A DNA stretch of 64,000 bases, taken from the human T2T-CHM13v2.0 reference genome, Homo sapiens. Under the pieces are notes generated by a model that was not told the origin of the DNA, searched no databases, and saw only the letters and a program-made list of their open reading frames with translations. The DNA is taken from NCBI RefSeq assembly GCF_009914755.1, contig NC_060931.1; one strand, written 5' to 3'. Both the position numbers and the translations under genes were made by a program. Shown in pieces: positions 12,761 to 27,700 of the stretch. Position 1 is the first letter of the stretch. Each line of letters opens with the position of its first letter.

Positions 12761-15700
12761 TGCATTCCATTCCTTTCCATTGCAATGCATTGCAGATCGT
12801 TCCTTTCCATTCCATTCCACTCCATTCCATTCCATTCCACTCCATTCCATTCCATTCCATTCCATTCCATTCCATTCTTTCCATTCCATTTGATTCCATT
12901 CAATTGCATTTCATTCCATTCCATTCCTCTCTGGTTGATTCCATTCCATTCCATTCCATTCCATCCCATTCCATTCCATTCCATTCCTCTCGGGTTTATT
13001 ACATTCCATTCCATTCCATGCCATTCACGTTGATTGCATTCCATTGCATTTCTTTCCATTCCATTCCATTCCTTTCCATTCCATTGCATTCCGTTCCACT
13101 CGGGTTGCATCCATTCCATTCCATTCCATTCAAATCGCGTTGATTCCACTCTATTCCATTCCATTCTATTCCATTCCATTCTATTCCATTCCATTCCATT
13201 CCACTTGGGATGATTCAGTTCCATTCCATTCCGTTCTGTTCCATTCCATTCCATTCCATTCCATTCCATTCCATTCCATTGCATTCGTGTTGATTCCAAT
13301 CCATTAAAATCTATTCCATTCCATTCAATTCCATTCCATTCCATTCCTTGCCACTCAGGTTGATTCCATTCCATCCCATTTCATTCCATACCATTCCATT
13401 CCATTCCATTCAATTCCATTCCATTCCTTTCCACTCGTGTTTATTCCATTCCATTGCGTTCCATTCCATTCCACTCGGGTTGATACCATTCCATTCCATT
13501 CCATTCCATTCCATACCATTCCATTCCATTCCATTCGGGTTGATTCTAGTCCATTCCATTCTATTCCATTCCATTCCATTCCATTCCATTCCATTCCATT
13601 CCATTCCATTCCTCGTGAGTTGTTTCCATTGCATCCCATTCCATTCCATTCCACTCCTTTCCTTTCCATTCCATTCCATTCCACTAGGGTTTATTCCATT
13701 CCATTCCATTCCATTCCATTCCATTCCATTCCATTCCCTTTCTTTCCCCTCAGTTTGATTCCATTCCATTCCATTTCATTCCATTCCATTCCATTCAGTT
13801 CCACTCCATTCCATTCCATTCCATTCCATTCCATTCCATTCCATTCCATTCCATTCCATTCCATTCCATTCCATTTCATTCCATTCCAATCGTGTTGATT
13901 CCATTCCATTGCCTTCCATTCCATTCCACTCGGGTTGATACCATTCCATGCCATTCCATTCTTTTCCATTCCATTGCATTCGACTCGGGTTTATTCCATT
14001 CCATTCCATTCCATGCCATTCGGGTTGATTCCATTCCATTCCATTTTATTCCATTCCCTTCAATTCCCCTCCATTCCTATCCATTCTATTCCATTCCATT
14101 CCACTCGAGTTCATTCCATTGCATTCCATTCCCTTCCATTCCATTCCATTCCCTTCCATTCCATTCGATTCCATTCCATTACACTCGGGTTGATTCCATT
14201 CCATTCCATTTCATTCCATTCCATTCCAATCCTTTCCATGCCAATACATTCCAGTCGGGTTGATTCCAGTCCGTTCCATTACATTCCATTCCATTCATTT
14301 CCACTCGTGTTGATTATATTCCATTCCCTTCCATTCCATTCCATTCCACACGGGTTGATTCCAGTCCATTCAAATCCATCCCATTGCATTCCATTCAATT
14401 ACGTTCCATTGCATTCCATTCCATTCCACTCGGGTTCATTCCATTCCATTCCATTTCATTCCATTCTATTCCATTCCACTCGTGTTTATTTCATTCCATT
14501 CCATTCCCTTCCATTCCATACGGGTTGGCTCCATTCCATTCCATTCCATTCCTTTCCATCCGTTTCCATTCCATTCTTTTCCACTCGGGTTGATTCCATT
14601 CCATTCCATTCCATTCCATTCCATTCCATTCCATTCCATTCCATTCCATTCCATTTCATACCATTCCTCTCGGGTTTATTCCGTTACATTCCATTCCATT
14701 CCATTCCATTCCATTCCATTCCATGCCACACTGGTTGATTCCATTCCATGCCATTTCATTCCTTTCCATTTCATTCCTTTCCATTCCATTCCATTCCATT
14801 CCACTCGTGTTGATTCCATTCCATTGCCATCGTTTCCATTCCACTTGGGTTGATACCGTTCCATTCCATTGCATTCCATTCCATTCCACTCCATTCCGTA
14901 CCACTCGGGTTTATTCCATTCCATTCCATTCCATTCCTTTCCATTCCATTCCATTCCTGTCGGGTGGATTCCATTACATTCCAATTCATTCCATTCCATT
15001 TCATCCCATTTTATTCCATTCAATTCCAATCGTACTGATAACATTCCATTCCATCGCATTCCATTCCTTTCCATTGCAATGCATTGCAGATCATTCCTTT
15101 CCATTCCATTTCACTGCATTCCATTCCATTCCATTCCATTCTTTCCATTCCATTTGATTCCATTCAATTGCATTTCATTCCATTCCATTCCTCTCTGGTT
15201 GATTCCATTCCATTCCATTCCATTCCATTCCATTCCATTCCATTCCATTCCATTCCATTCCATTTCATTCCATTCCTCTCGTTTTTATTCCATTCCATTC
15301 CATTCCATGCCATTCAGGTTGACTGCATTCCATTGCATTTCATTCCATTCCATTCCATTCCTTTCCATTCCATTCCATTCCGTTCCACTCGGGTTGCATC
15401 CATTCCATTCCATTCCATTCCAATCGCGTTGATTCCACTGTATTCCATTCCATTCTATTCCATTCCATTCCACTTGCGATGATTCAGTTCCATTCCATTC
15501 CGTTCCGTTCCATTCCATTCCATTCCATTCCATTCCATTCCATTCCATTCCCTCGGGTTGATTCTGTTCCATGCCATTTCATTCCATTCCATTCCATTAC
15601 ATTCCATTTCATTCAATTCCATTCCATTCCATTCCATTCCACACTATTGCATTCGTGTTGATTCTAATCCATTAAAATCTATTCCATTCCATTGAATTCC

Positions 15701-18700
15701 ATTCCATTCCATTCCTTGCCACTCAGGTTGATTCCATTCCATTCCATTTCATTCCATACCATTCCATTCCAATCCATTCAATTCCATTCCATTCCTTTCC
15801 ACTGGTGTTTATTCCATTCCATTCCACTCGGGTTGATACCATTCCATTCCATTCCATTCCATTGTTTTCCATTCCGTTGCATTCGACTCGGGTTGATTCC
15901 ATTCCATTCCATTCCATTCCATTCCATTCCATTCCATTCCTTACCATTCCATTCCATTCCATTCGGGTTGATTCTAGTCCATTCCATTCTATTCCATTCC
16001 ATTCCATTCCATTCCATTCCATTCCATTCCATTCCTCGTGAGTTGTTTCCATTGCATCCCATTCCATTCCATTCCACTCCATTCCTTTCCATTCCTTTCC
16101 ATTCCTTTCCATTCCATTCCATTCCACTAGGGTTTATTATATTCCGTTCCATTCCATTCCATTCCATTCCATTCCATTCCATTCCATTCCATTCCATTCC
16201 CTTTCTTGCCACTCAGGTTGATTCCATTCCATTCCATTTCATTCCATTCCATTCCATTCCATTCAGTTCCACTCCATTCCATTCCATTCCATTCTATTTC
16301 ATTCCATTCCAGTCGTGTTGATTCCATTCCATTGCCTTCCATTCCATTCCACTTGGGTTGATACCACTCCATTCCATTCCATTCCATTCTTTTCCATTCT
16401 ATTGCATTCGACTCGGGTTTATTCAATTCCATTCCATTCCATTCGGGTTGATTCCATTCCATTCCATTTTATTCCATTCCTTTCCATTCCCCTCCATTCC
16501 TATCCATTCCATTCCATTCCATTCCACTCGAGTTGATTCCATTCCATTCCATTCCCTTCCATTCCATTCCATTCCATTCCATTACACTCGGGTTGATTCC
16601 ACTCCATTCCATTCCATTCCATTCCATTCCATTCCATTCCGTACCACTCGGGTTGATTCCATTCCATTCCAATTCATTCCATTCCATTCTATCTTATTTC
16701 ATTCCATTCACTTCCAATCGAATTGATGACATTCCATTCCATTGCATTCCATTCCTTTCCATTGCAATGCATTGCAGATCATTCCTTTCCATTCCATTCC
16801 ACTCCATTCCATTCCATTCCATTCCATTCCATTCTTTCCATTCCATTTGATTCCATTCAATTGCATTTCATTCCATTCCATTCCTCTCTGGTTGATTCCA
16901 TTCCATTCCATTCCGTTCCATTCCATTCCATTTCATTCCATTCGATTTCATTCCATTCCTCTCGGGTTTATTACATTCCATTCCATTCCATGCCATTCAG
17001 GTTGATTGCATTCCATTGCATTTCATTCCATTCCATTCCATTCCTTTCCATTCCATTCCATTCCGTTCCACTCGGGTTGCATCCTTTCCATTCTATTCCA
17101 TTCCAATCGCTTTGATTCCACTCTATTCCATTCCATTCCATTCCATTCCATTCTATTCCATTCCATTCCATTCCACTTGGGATGATTCAGTTCCATTCCA
17201 TTCCGTTCTGTTCCATTCCATTCCATTCCATTCCATTCCATTCCATTCCATTGCATTCGTGTTGATTCCAATCCATTAAAATGTATTCCATTCCATTCAA
17301 TTCCATTCCATTCCATTCCTTGCCACTCAGGTTGATTCCATTCCATCCCATTTCATTCCATACCATTCCATTCCATTCCATTCAATTCCATTCCATTCCT
17401 TTCCACTCGTGTTTATTCCATTCCATTGCCTTCCATTCCATTCCACTCGGGTTGATACCATTCCATTCCATTCCTTTCCATTCCATTCCATTCCATACCA
17501 TTCCATTCCATTCCATTCGGGTTGATTCCATTCTATTCCATTCCATTCCATTCCATTCCATTCCATTCCATTCCATTCCATTCCTCGTGAGTTGTTTCCA
17601 TTGCATCCCATTCCATTCCATTCCACTCCATTCCTTTCCATTCCATTCCATTCCACTAGGGTTCATTCCATTCCATTCCATTCCATTCCATTCCATTACA
17701 CTCGGGTTGATTCCATTCCATTCCATTCCATTCCATTCCATTCCATTCCATTCCGTACCACTCGGGTTGATTCCATTCCATTCCAATTCATTCCATTCCA
17801 TTCCATCTCATTTCATTCCATTCACTTCCAATCGAATTGATAACATTCCATTCCATTGCATTCCATTCCTTTCCATTGCAATGCATTGCAGATCGTTCCT
17901 TTCCATTCCATTCCACTCCATTCCATTCCATTCCACTCCATTCCATTCCATTCCATTCCATTCCATTCCATTCTTTCCATTCCATTTGATTCCATTCAAT
18001 TGCATTTCATTCCATTCCATTCCTCTCTGGTTGATTCCATTCCATTCCATTCCATTCCATCCCATTCCATTCCATTCCATTCCTCTCGGGTTTATTACAT
18101 TCCATTCCATTCCATGCCATTCACGTTGATTGCATTCCATTGCATTTCTTTCCATTCCATTCCATTCCTTTCCATTCCATTGCATTCCGTTCCACTCGGG
18201 TTGCATCCATTCCATTCCATTCCATTCAAATCGCGTTGATTCCACTCTATTCCATTCCATTCTATTCCATTCCATTCTATTCCATTCCATTCCATTCCAC
18301 TTGGGATGATTCAGTTCCATTCCATTCCGTTCTGTTCCATTCCATTCCATTCCATTCCATTCCATTCCATTCCATTGCATTCGTGTTGATTCCAATCCAT
18401 TAAAATCTATTCCATTCCATTCAATTCCATTCCATTCCATTCCTTGCCACTCAGGTTGATTCCATTCCATCCCATTTCATTCCATACCATTCCATTCCAT
18501 TCCATTCAATTCCATTCCATTCCTTTCCACTCGTGTTTATTCCATTCCATTGCGTTCCATTCCATTCCACTCGGGTTGATACCATTCCATTCCATTCCAT
18601 TCCATTCCATACCATTCCATTCCATTCCATTCGGGTTGATTCTAGTCCATTCCATTCTATTCCATTCCATTCCATTCCATTCCATTCCATTCCATTCCAT

Positions 18701-21100
18701 TCCTCGTGAGTTGTTTCCATTGCATCCCATTCCATTCCATTCCACTCCTTTCCTTTCCATTCCATTCCATTCCACTAGGGTTTATTCCATTCCATTCCAT
18801 TCCATTCCATTCCATTCCATTCCATTCCATTCCCTTTCTTTCCCCTCAGTTTGATTCCATTCCATTCCATTTCATTCCATTCCATTCCATTCAGTTCCAC
18901 TCCATTCCATTCCATTCCATTCCATTCCATTCCATTCCATTCCATTCCATTCCATTCCATTCCATTCCATTTCATTCCATTCCAATCGTGTTGATTCCAT
19001 TCCATTGCCTTCCATTCCATTCCACTCGGGTTGATACCATTCCATGCCATTCCATTCTTTTCCATTCCATTGCATTCGACTCGGGTTTATTCCATTCCAT
19101 TCCATTCCATGCCATTCGGGTTGATTCCATTCCATTCCATTTTATTCCATTCCCTTCAATTCCCCTCCATTCCTATCCATTCTATTCCATTCCATTCCAC
19201 TCGAGTTCATTCCATTGCATTCCATTCCCTTCCATTCCATTCCATTCCCTTCCATTCCATTCGATTCCATTCCATTACACTCGGGTTGATTCCATTCCAT
19301 TCCATTTCATTCCATTCCATTCCAATCCTTTCCATGCCAATACATTCCAGTCGGGTTGATTCCAGTCCGTTCCATTACATTCCATTCCATTCATTTCCAC
19401 TCGTGTTGATTATATTCCATTCCCTTCCATTCCATTCCATTCCACACGGGTTGATTCCAGTCCATTCAAATCCATCCCATTGCATTCCATTCAATTACGT
19501 TCCATTGCATTCCATTCCATTCCACTCGGGTTCATTCCATTCCATTCCATTTCATTCCATTCTATTCCATTCCACTCGTGTTTATTTCATTCCATTCCAT
19601 TCCCTTCCATTCCATACGGGTTGGCTCCATTCCATTCCATTCCATTCCTTTCCATCCGTTTCCATTCCATTCTATTCCACTCGGGTTGATTCCATTCCAT
19701 TCCATTCCATTCCATTCCATTCCATTCCATTCCATTCCATTCCATTCCATTCCATTTCATACCATTCCTCTCGGGTTTATTCCGTTACATTCCATTCCAT
19801 TCCATTCCATTCCATTCCATTCCATGCCACACTGGTTGATTCCATTCCATGCCATTTCATTCCTTTCCATTTCATTCCTTTCCATTCCATTCCATTCCAT
19901 TCCACTCGTGTTGATTCCATTCCATTGCCATCGTTTCCATTCCACTTGGGTTGATACCGTTCCATTCCATTGCATTCCATTCCATTCCACTCCATTCCGT
20001 ACCACTCGGGTTTATTCCATTCCATTCCATTCCATTCCTTTCCATTCCATTCCATTCCTGTCGGGTGGATTCCATTACATTCCAATTCATTCCATTCCAT
20101 TTCATCCCATTTCATTCCATTCAATTCCAATCGTACTGATAACATTCCATTCCATCGCATTCCATTCCTTTCCATTGCAATGCATTGCAGATCATTCCTT
20201 TCCATTCCATTTCACTGCATTCCATTCCATTCCATTCCATTCTTTCCATTCCATTTGATTCCATTCAATTGCATTTCATTCCATTCCATTCCTCTCTGGT
20301 TGATTCCATTCCATTCCATTCCATTCCATTCCATTCCATTCCATTTCATTCCATTCCTCTCGTTTTTATTCCATTCCATTCCATTCCATGCCATTCAGGT
20401 TGACTGCATTCCATTGCATTTCATTCCATTCCATTCCATTCCTTTCCATTCCATTCCATTCCGTTCCACTCGGGTTGCATCCATTCCATTCCATTCCATT
20501 CCAATCGCGTTGATTCCACTGTATTCCATTCCATTCTATTCCATTCCATTCCACTTGCGATGATTCAGTTCCATTCCATTCCGTTCCGTTCCATTCCATT
20601 CCATTCCATTCCATTCCATTCCATTCCCTCGGGTTGATTCTGTTCCATGCCATTTCATTCCATTCCATTCCATTACATTCCATTTCATTCAATTCCATTC
20701 CATTCCATTCCATTCCACACTATTGCATTCGTGTTGATTCTAATCCATTAAAATCTATTCCATTCCATTGAATTCCATTCCATTCCATTCCTTGCCACTC
20801 AGGTTGATTCCATTCCATTCCATTTCATTCCATACCATTCCATTCCAATCCATTCAATTCCATTCCATTCCTTTCCACTGGTGTTTATTCCATTCCATTC
20901 CACTCGGGTTGATACCATTCCATTCCATTCCATTCCATTGTTTTCCATTCCGTTGCATTCGACTCGGGTTGATTCCATTCCATTCCATTCCATTCCATTC
21001 CATTCCATTCCATTCCATTCCTTACCATTCCATTCCATTCCATTTGGGTTGATTCTAGTCCATTCCATTCTATTCCATTCCATTCCATTCCATTCCATTC
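10890..21100 (+). repeat. Recent tandem duplication, unit ~5.08 kb (10890-15960 / 15961-~21041, plus the start of a third copy)
   Basis: Offsets of 5071-5101 for 11055/16126, 11615/16706, 12724/17820 and 15018/20119. ORFs 12712..13374 and 17808..18470 are identical. Private variants CCCCTCAGTTTG, CACTTGCGATG, CCCTCGGGTTGATTCTG and CACACTATTGC occur once in each copy. Confidence 0.9.
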
Positions 21101-24100
21101 CATTCCATTCCATTCCTTACCACTCGGGTTTATTCCATTCCATTCCATTCCATTCCACTCCATTCCATTCAATTCCTTACCATTGCATTCCATTCCATTG
21201 CATTCCATTGGTGATGATTCCAATCCATTACAATCTGTTCCATTCCATTCCATTCCACTCGAGTGGATTCCACTGCATTCCATTCCATTCCATTCCATTC
21301 CATTCCACTCCATTCCATTCCATTCCATTCCATTCCACTCCATTCCATTCCATTCCATTCCATTCCACTCCATTCCATTCCATTCCATTCCATTCCATTC
21401 CATTCCATTCCATTGCTCTCGGGTTAATTCCATTCCATTCCATCCCATTCCATTCCATTCCATTCTATTCCATATTATTCCACTCGGGTTTTTCAATTCC
21501 ATTCCATTCCATTCCATTCCATTCCACTCCAAGCCACTCATGTTGATTCCATTCCATTCCATTTCATTCCATTCCAGTAAATTCTATTCCATTCCATTTC
21601 ATTCCATTCCATTCTATTCGATACCATTCCACTCGGGTTTTTTCAATTCCATTCCATTCCATTCCATTCCATTTCATTCCATTACATTCCATGCCAGTCA
21701 TGTTGATTCCATTCCATTCCATTTCATTCCCTTCCATTAAATTCCATTCCATTAAATTCCATTCTATTCCATTCCATTCCATTCCATTGCATTCCATTGC
21801 ACCCGTGTTGATTCCATTCCATTGCCTTCCATTCCATTCCACTAGGGTTGATACCATTCCATTCCATTCCATTGCTTTTTTTTCCATTCCATTCCACTGC
21901 ATTCGGGTTGTTTCCAGTCCATTCCATTCCATTCAAGTCCATTCCATTCCATTCCGTTCCATTCCGTTCCACTCAAGTTGATTCCATTGCATCCCCTTCC
22001 ATTTCATTCCACTCCATTCCATTCCATTCCATTCCATTCCATTCCATTCCATTCCAAACGGGTTTATTCCATTCCATTCCATTTAATTCTATTCCATTCC
22101 TTTCCATTCCATGCCACTCAGGTTGATTCCATTCCATTCCATTCCGTTCCATTCCGTTCCATTCCATTCCATTACATTCGGGTTGAATCCGGTCCATTCC
22201 ATTCTATTCCATTCCATTCCATTCCATTCTATTCCACTCAAGTTGATTATATTGCATCCCATTCCATTCCATTCCCCTCCATTCCTTTCCATTACATTGC
22301 ATTCCTTGCCATTCCATTCCATTCATCTCTGGTTGATTCCATTCCAGTCCATTTCAGTTCATTCCATGCCTTTCCATTCCATTCCATACGCGTTGATACC
22401 ATTCCATTCCATTCCATTCCATTCCATTCCATTCCATTCCATTCCATTCCTTTCCCTTCCATCCCATTCCAATCGAGTTGATTCCATTGCATTCGATTCC
22501 ATTCCATTCCATTCCACTCCATTCCATTTCGTACCACTCGTGTTTATTCTATTCCATTCCATTCCATTCCATTCCTTGCAATTGCATTCCATTCCATTGC
22601 ATTCCATTGGTGTTGATTCCAATCCATTACAATCTGTTCCATTCCATTACATTCCACTCGAGTGGATTCCACTGCATTCCATTCCATTCCATTCCATTCC
22701 ATTCCATTCCTCTCCATTCCATTCCATTCCATTCCACTCCATTCCATTCCATTCCTTTGCTCTCGGGTTAATTCCATTCCATTGCATGCCATTCCATTCC
22801 ATTCTATTCCATACCATTCCACTCGGGTTTTTTCAATTCCATTCCATTCCATTCCACTCCATGCCACTCATGTTGATTCCATTTCATTCCATTTCATTCC
22901 ATTCCATTAAATTCTATTCCATTCCATTTCATTCCATTCCGTTCTATTCCATACCATTCCACTCGGGTTTTTTCCATTCCATTCCATTCCATTCTATTCC
23001 ATTCCATTCCATTCCATTCCATGCCACTCATGTTGATTCCATTCCATTCCATTCCATTTCATTCCATTCCATTAATTTCCATTCCATTCCATTCCATTCC
23101 ATTCCATTCCATTCCATTCCACTCTTATTGATTCCATTACATTGCCTTCCATTCCATTCCACTAGGGTTGATACCATTCCATTCCATTCCATTGCATTCT
23201 TTTCCTTTCCATCTCATTCGACTCGGGTTGATTCCACTGCATCCCATTGCATTCCATTCCACTCCATTCCATTCCATTTCATTCCATTCCACTTGGGTTT
23301 ATTCCATTCCATTTGATTCCATTCCTTTCCTTTCCATTCCCTGCCACTCAGGTTGACTCCATTCCATTCCATTTCATTCCATTCCTTTCCATTCAGTTCC
23401 ACTCCATTCCATTCCATTCCATTCCATTCCAGTCGTGTTGATTCCATTCAATTGCCTTCCATTCCATTCCACTTGGTTTGATACCATTCCATTCCATTCC
23501 ATTCCATTACAATCCTTTCCATGCCAATAGATTCCAGTCGGGTTAATTCCAGTCCGTTCCGTTCCATCCCATTCCATTCCATTCATTTCCACTCGGGTTG
23601 ATTATATTCCATTCCCTTCCATTCCATTCCATTCCACACGGGTTGATTCCAGTCCTTTCAATTCCATCCCATTGCATTCCATTCAATTACGTTCCATTGC
23701 ATTCCATTCCATTCCACTCTGGTTCATTCCATTCCATTCCATTTCATTCCATTCTATTCCATTCCGCTCGTGTTGATTTCATTCCATTCCATTCCCTTAC
23801 ATTCCACTCGGGTTGGCTCCATTCCATTCCATTCCATTCCATTCCTTTCCATCCGTTTCCATTCCATTCTATTCCACTCGGGTTGCTTCCATTCCATTCC
23901 ATTCCATTCCATTCCATTCCATTCCATTCCTTTCCATTCCATTCCCGTTGATTGCATTCCATTCCATTCCATTCCATGCCATTCCACTCTCATTGATTCC
24001 ATTCCATTCCATTCCATTCCATTCCATTCCATTCCATTCCATGCCATTCCACTCTCGTTGATTCCATTCCATTCCATTCCATTCTTTTCCATTACACTTG

Positions 24101-26619
24101 CGTTGATTCCATTCCATTCCATTACATTCCATTCCACTCTGGTTTATTCAATTTCGCTCCATTCCATTCCATTGCATTCCATTCCATTCCATTCCATTCG
24201 TGTGGATTCCAATTCCTTACAATCTATTCCATTCCATTCCATTCCATTCCATTCCATTCCATTCCATTCCATTACTTTCCTTTCCATTCCACTCGTGTGG
24301 ATTCCATTCCATTGCCTTCCATTCCATTCCACTAGGGTTGATTCCACTCCATTCCTTTCCATTCCTTTCTTTTCCATTCCATTGCATTCGACTCAAGGTG
24401 ATTTCACTCCATTCCATTCCATTCCATTCCATTGCATTCCATTCCATTCCATAGCATTCCATTCCATTCCATTCCATTCCATTCCATTCCATTCCATTGC
24501 ATTCCATTCCATTCCATTCCATTGCATTCGGGTTGTTTCCAGTCCATTCCATTCCATTCAAGTCCATTCCATTCCATTCCATTCCACTCGAGTTGATTCC
24601 ATTGCATCCCCTTCCATTTCATCCCACTCCATTCCATTCCATTCCATTCCATTCCATTCCATTCCATTCCATTCCATTCCACTCGGGTTTATTCCATTCC
24701 ATTCCATTTAATTCTATTCCATTCGTTTCCATTCCATGCCACTCAGGTTGATTCCATTCCATTCCATTCCATTCCATTCCATTCCATTCCATTCCATTCC
24801 ATTCCATTCCGTTCCATTCCATTCCATTCGGGTTGAATCCGGTCCATTCCATTGTATTCCATTCCATTCCATTCTATTCCACTCAAGTTGATTACATTGC
24901 ATCCCATTCCATTCCATTCCCCTCCATTCCTTTCCATTCCATTGCATTCCTTGCCATTTTATTCCATTCATCTCGGGTTGATTCCATTCCAGTCCATTTC
25001 AGTTCATTCCATGCCATTCCATTCCATTCCATACGCGTTGATACCATTCCATTCCATTCCATTCCATTCCATTCCATTCCATTCCATTCTATTCCATTCC
25101 TTTCCCTTCCATCCCATTCCAATCGAGTTGATTCCATTGCATTCGATTCCTTTCCATTCCATTCCATTCCATTCCATTCCATTCCATTCCATTCCATTCC
25201 GTACCACTCTGGTTTATGCCATTCAATTCCATTCCATTCCATTCCTTGCCATTGCATTCCATTCCATTGCATTCCATTGGTGTTGATTCCAATCCATTAC
25301 AATCTGTTCCATTCCATTACATTCCACTCGAGTGGATTCCACTGCATTTCATTCCATTCCATTCCATTCCATTCCACTCCATTCCATTCCATTCCATTCC
25401 ATTCCACTCCATTCCATTCCATTCCATTCCATTCCATTCCACTCCATTCCACTCCATTCCATTGCTCTCGGGTTAATTCCATTCCATTCCATTCCATCCC
25501 ATTCCATTCCATTCCATTCTATTCCATACCATTCCACTCGGGTTTTTTCAATTCCATTCCATTCCATTCCATTCCATTCCATTCCATTCCATTCCATTCC
25601 ATTCCATTCTACTCCATGCCACTCATGTTGATTCCATTCCATTCCATTCCATTAAATTCTATTCCATTCCATTTCATTCCATTCCATTCTATTCCATACC
25701 ATTCCACTCGGGTTTTTTCCATTCCATTCCATTCCATTCCATTCCATTCCATTCCATGCCACTCATGTTGATTCCATTCCATTCCATTTCATTCCATTCC
25801 ATTAAATTCCATTCCATTCCATTCCATTCCATTCCATTCCATTCCATTCCACTCGTGTTAATTCCATTCCATTGCTTTCCATTCCATTCCACTAGGGTTG
25901 ATACCATTCCATTCCATTCCATTGCATTCTTTTCCATTCCATCTCATTCCACTCGGGTTGATTCCACTCCATCCCATTGCATTCCATTCCACTCCATTCC
26001 ATTCCATTTCATTCCATTCCACTTGGGTTTATTCCATTCCATTTGATTCCATTCCTTTCCTTTCCATTCCCTGCCACTCAGGTTGACTCCATTCCATTCC
26101 ATTTCATTCCATTCCATTCCATTCTGTTACACTCCATTCCATTCCATTCCATTCCATCACAGTCGTGTTGATTCCATTCAATTGCCTTCCGTTCCATTCC
26201 ACTTGGTTTGATACCATTCCATTCCATTCCATTCCATTCCATTCCAATCCTTTCCATGCCAATACATTCCAGTCGGGTTGATTCCAGTCCGTTCCGTTCC
26301 ATTCCATTCCATTCCATTCATTTCCACTCGGGTTGATTATATTCCATTCCCTTCCATTCCATTCCATTCCACACCGGTTGATTCCAGTCCTTTCAAATCC
26401 ATCCCATTGCATTCCATTTAATTACGTTCCATTGAATTCCATTCCATTCCACTCTGGTTCATTCCATTCCTTTCCATTTCATTCCATTCTATTCAATTCC
26501 GCTCGTGTTGATTTCATTCCATTCAATTCCGTTACATTCCACTCGGGTTGGCTCCATTCCATTCCATTCCTTTCCATCCGTTTCCATTCCATTCTATTCC
26601 ACTCGTGTTGATTCCATTC

Positions 26620-27700
26620 CATTCCATTCCATTCCTTTCCATTCCATTCCCGTTGATTGCATTCCATTCCATTCCATTCCATGACATTCCACTCTCGTTG
26701 ATTCCATTCCATTCCATTCCATTCCATTCCATTCCATTCCATTCCATTCCATGCCATGCCATTCCACTCTCGTTGATTCCATTCCATTCCATTCCATTCC
26801 TTTCCATTCCACTTGCGTTGATTCCATTCAATTCCATTCCATTACATTCCATTCCACTAGGGTTTATTCAATTTCGCTCCATTCCATTCCATTGCATTCC
26901 ATTCCATTCCATTCCATTCGTGTGGATTCCAATTCCTTACAATCTATTCAATTCCATTCCATTCCATTACATTACATTACTTTCCTTTCCATTCCACTCG
27001 TGTGGATTCCATTCCATTGCCTTCCATTCCATTCCACTATGGTTGATTCCACTCCATTCCTTTCCATTCCTTTCTTTTCCATTCCATTGCATTCGACTCA
27101 AGGTGATTCCAATCCATTCCATTCCATTCCACTCCATTCCATTCCATTCCACTCCATTCCATTCCATTCCATTCCTTTCCATTCCATTCCCATTGATTGC
27201 ATTCCATTCCATTCCATTCCATGCCATTCCACTCTCATTGATTCCATTCCATTCCATTCCATTCCATTCCATTCCATTCCATTCCATTCCATTTCATTCC
27301 ATTCCATTCCATTCCATGCCATTCCACTCTCGTTGATTCCATTCCATTCCATTCCATTCCTTTCCATTCCACTGGCGTTGATTCCATTCAATTCCATTCC
27401 ATTACATTACATTCCACTCGGGTTTATTCAATTTGGCTCCATTCCATTCCATTGCATTCCATTCCATTCCATTCCATTTGTGTTGATTCCAATTCCTTAC
27501 AATCTATTCAATTCCATTCCATTCCATTCCATTACTTTACTTTCCTTTCCATTCCACTCGTGTGGATTCCATTCCATTGCCTTCCTTTCCATTCCACTCT
27601 GGTTGATTCCACTCCATTCCTTTCCATTCCTTTCTTTTCCATTCCATTGCATTCGACCCAAGGTGATTCCAATCCATTCCATTCCATTCCATTGCATTCC
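26620..27700 (+). repeat. Internal ~560 bp duplication (ACTCAAGGTG module) within a domain-2 unit
   Basis: AC(T/C)CAAGGTG occurs at 27096 and 27656, and AATTCCTTACAATCTATTCA occurs twice (26931, 27491). The same doubling is seen at 30211/30851, 39038/39648 and 57742/58332. Confidence 0.8.

Larger units (their letters stand above)
1..21100 (+). repeat. HSat3 domain 1: ~1.1-1.75 kb unit marked by ATTCACTTCCAATCGAATTGAT(A/G)AC and TGCAATGCATTGCAGATC
   Basis: The landmark ATTCACTTCCAATCGAATTG occurs at ~112, 1621, 2760, 3269, 4403, 6147, 7246, 7421, 9721, 9896, 10101, 11615, 12724, 16706 and 17820, with a variant (ATTCAATTCCAATCGTACTG) at ~15018 and 20119. It is not seen after ~20.2 kb. Confidence 0.88.
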
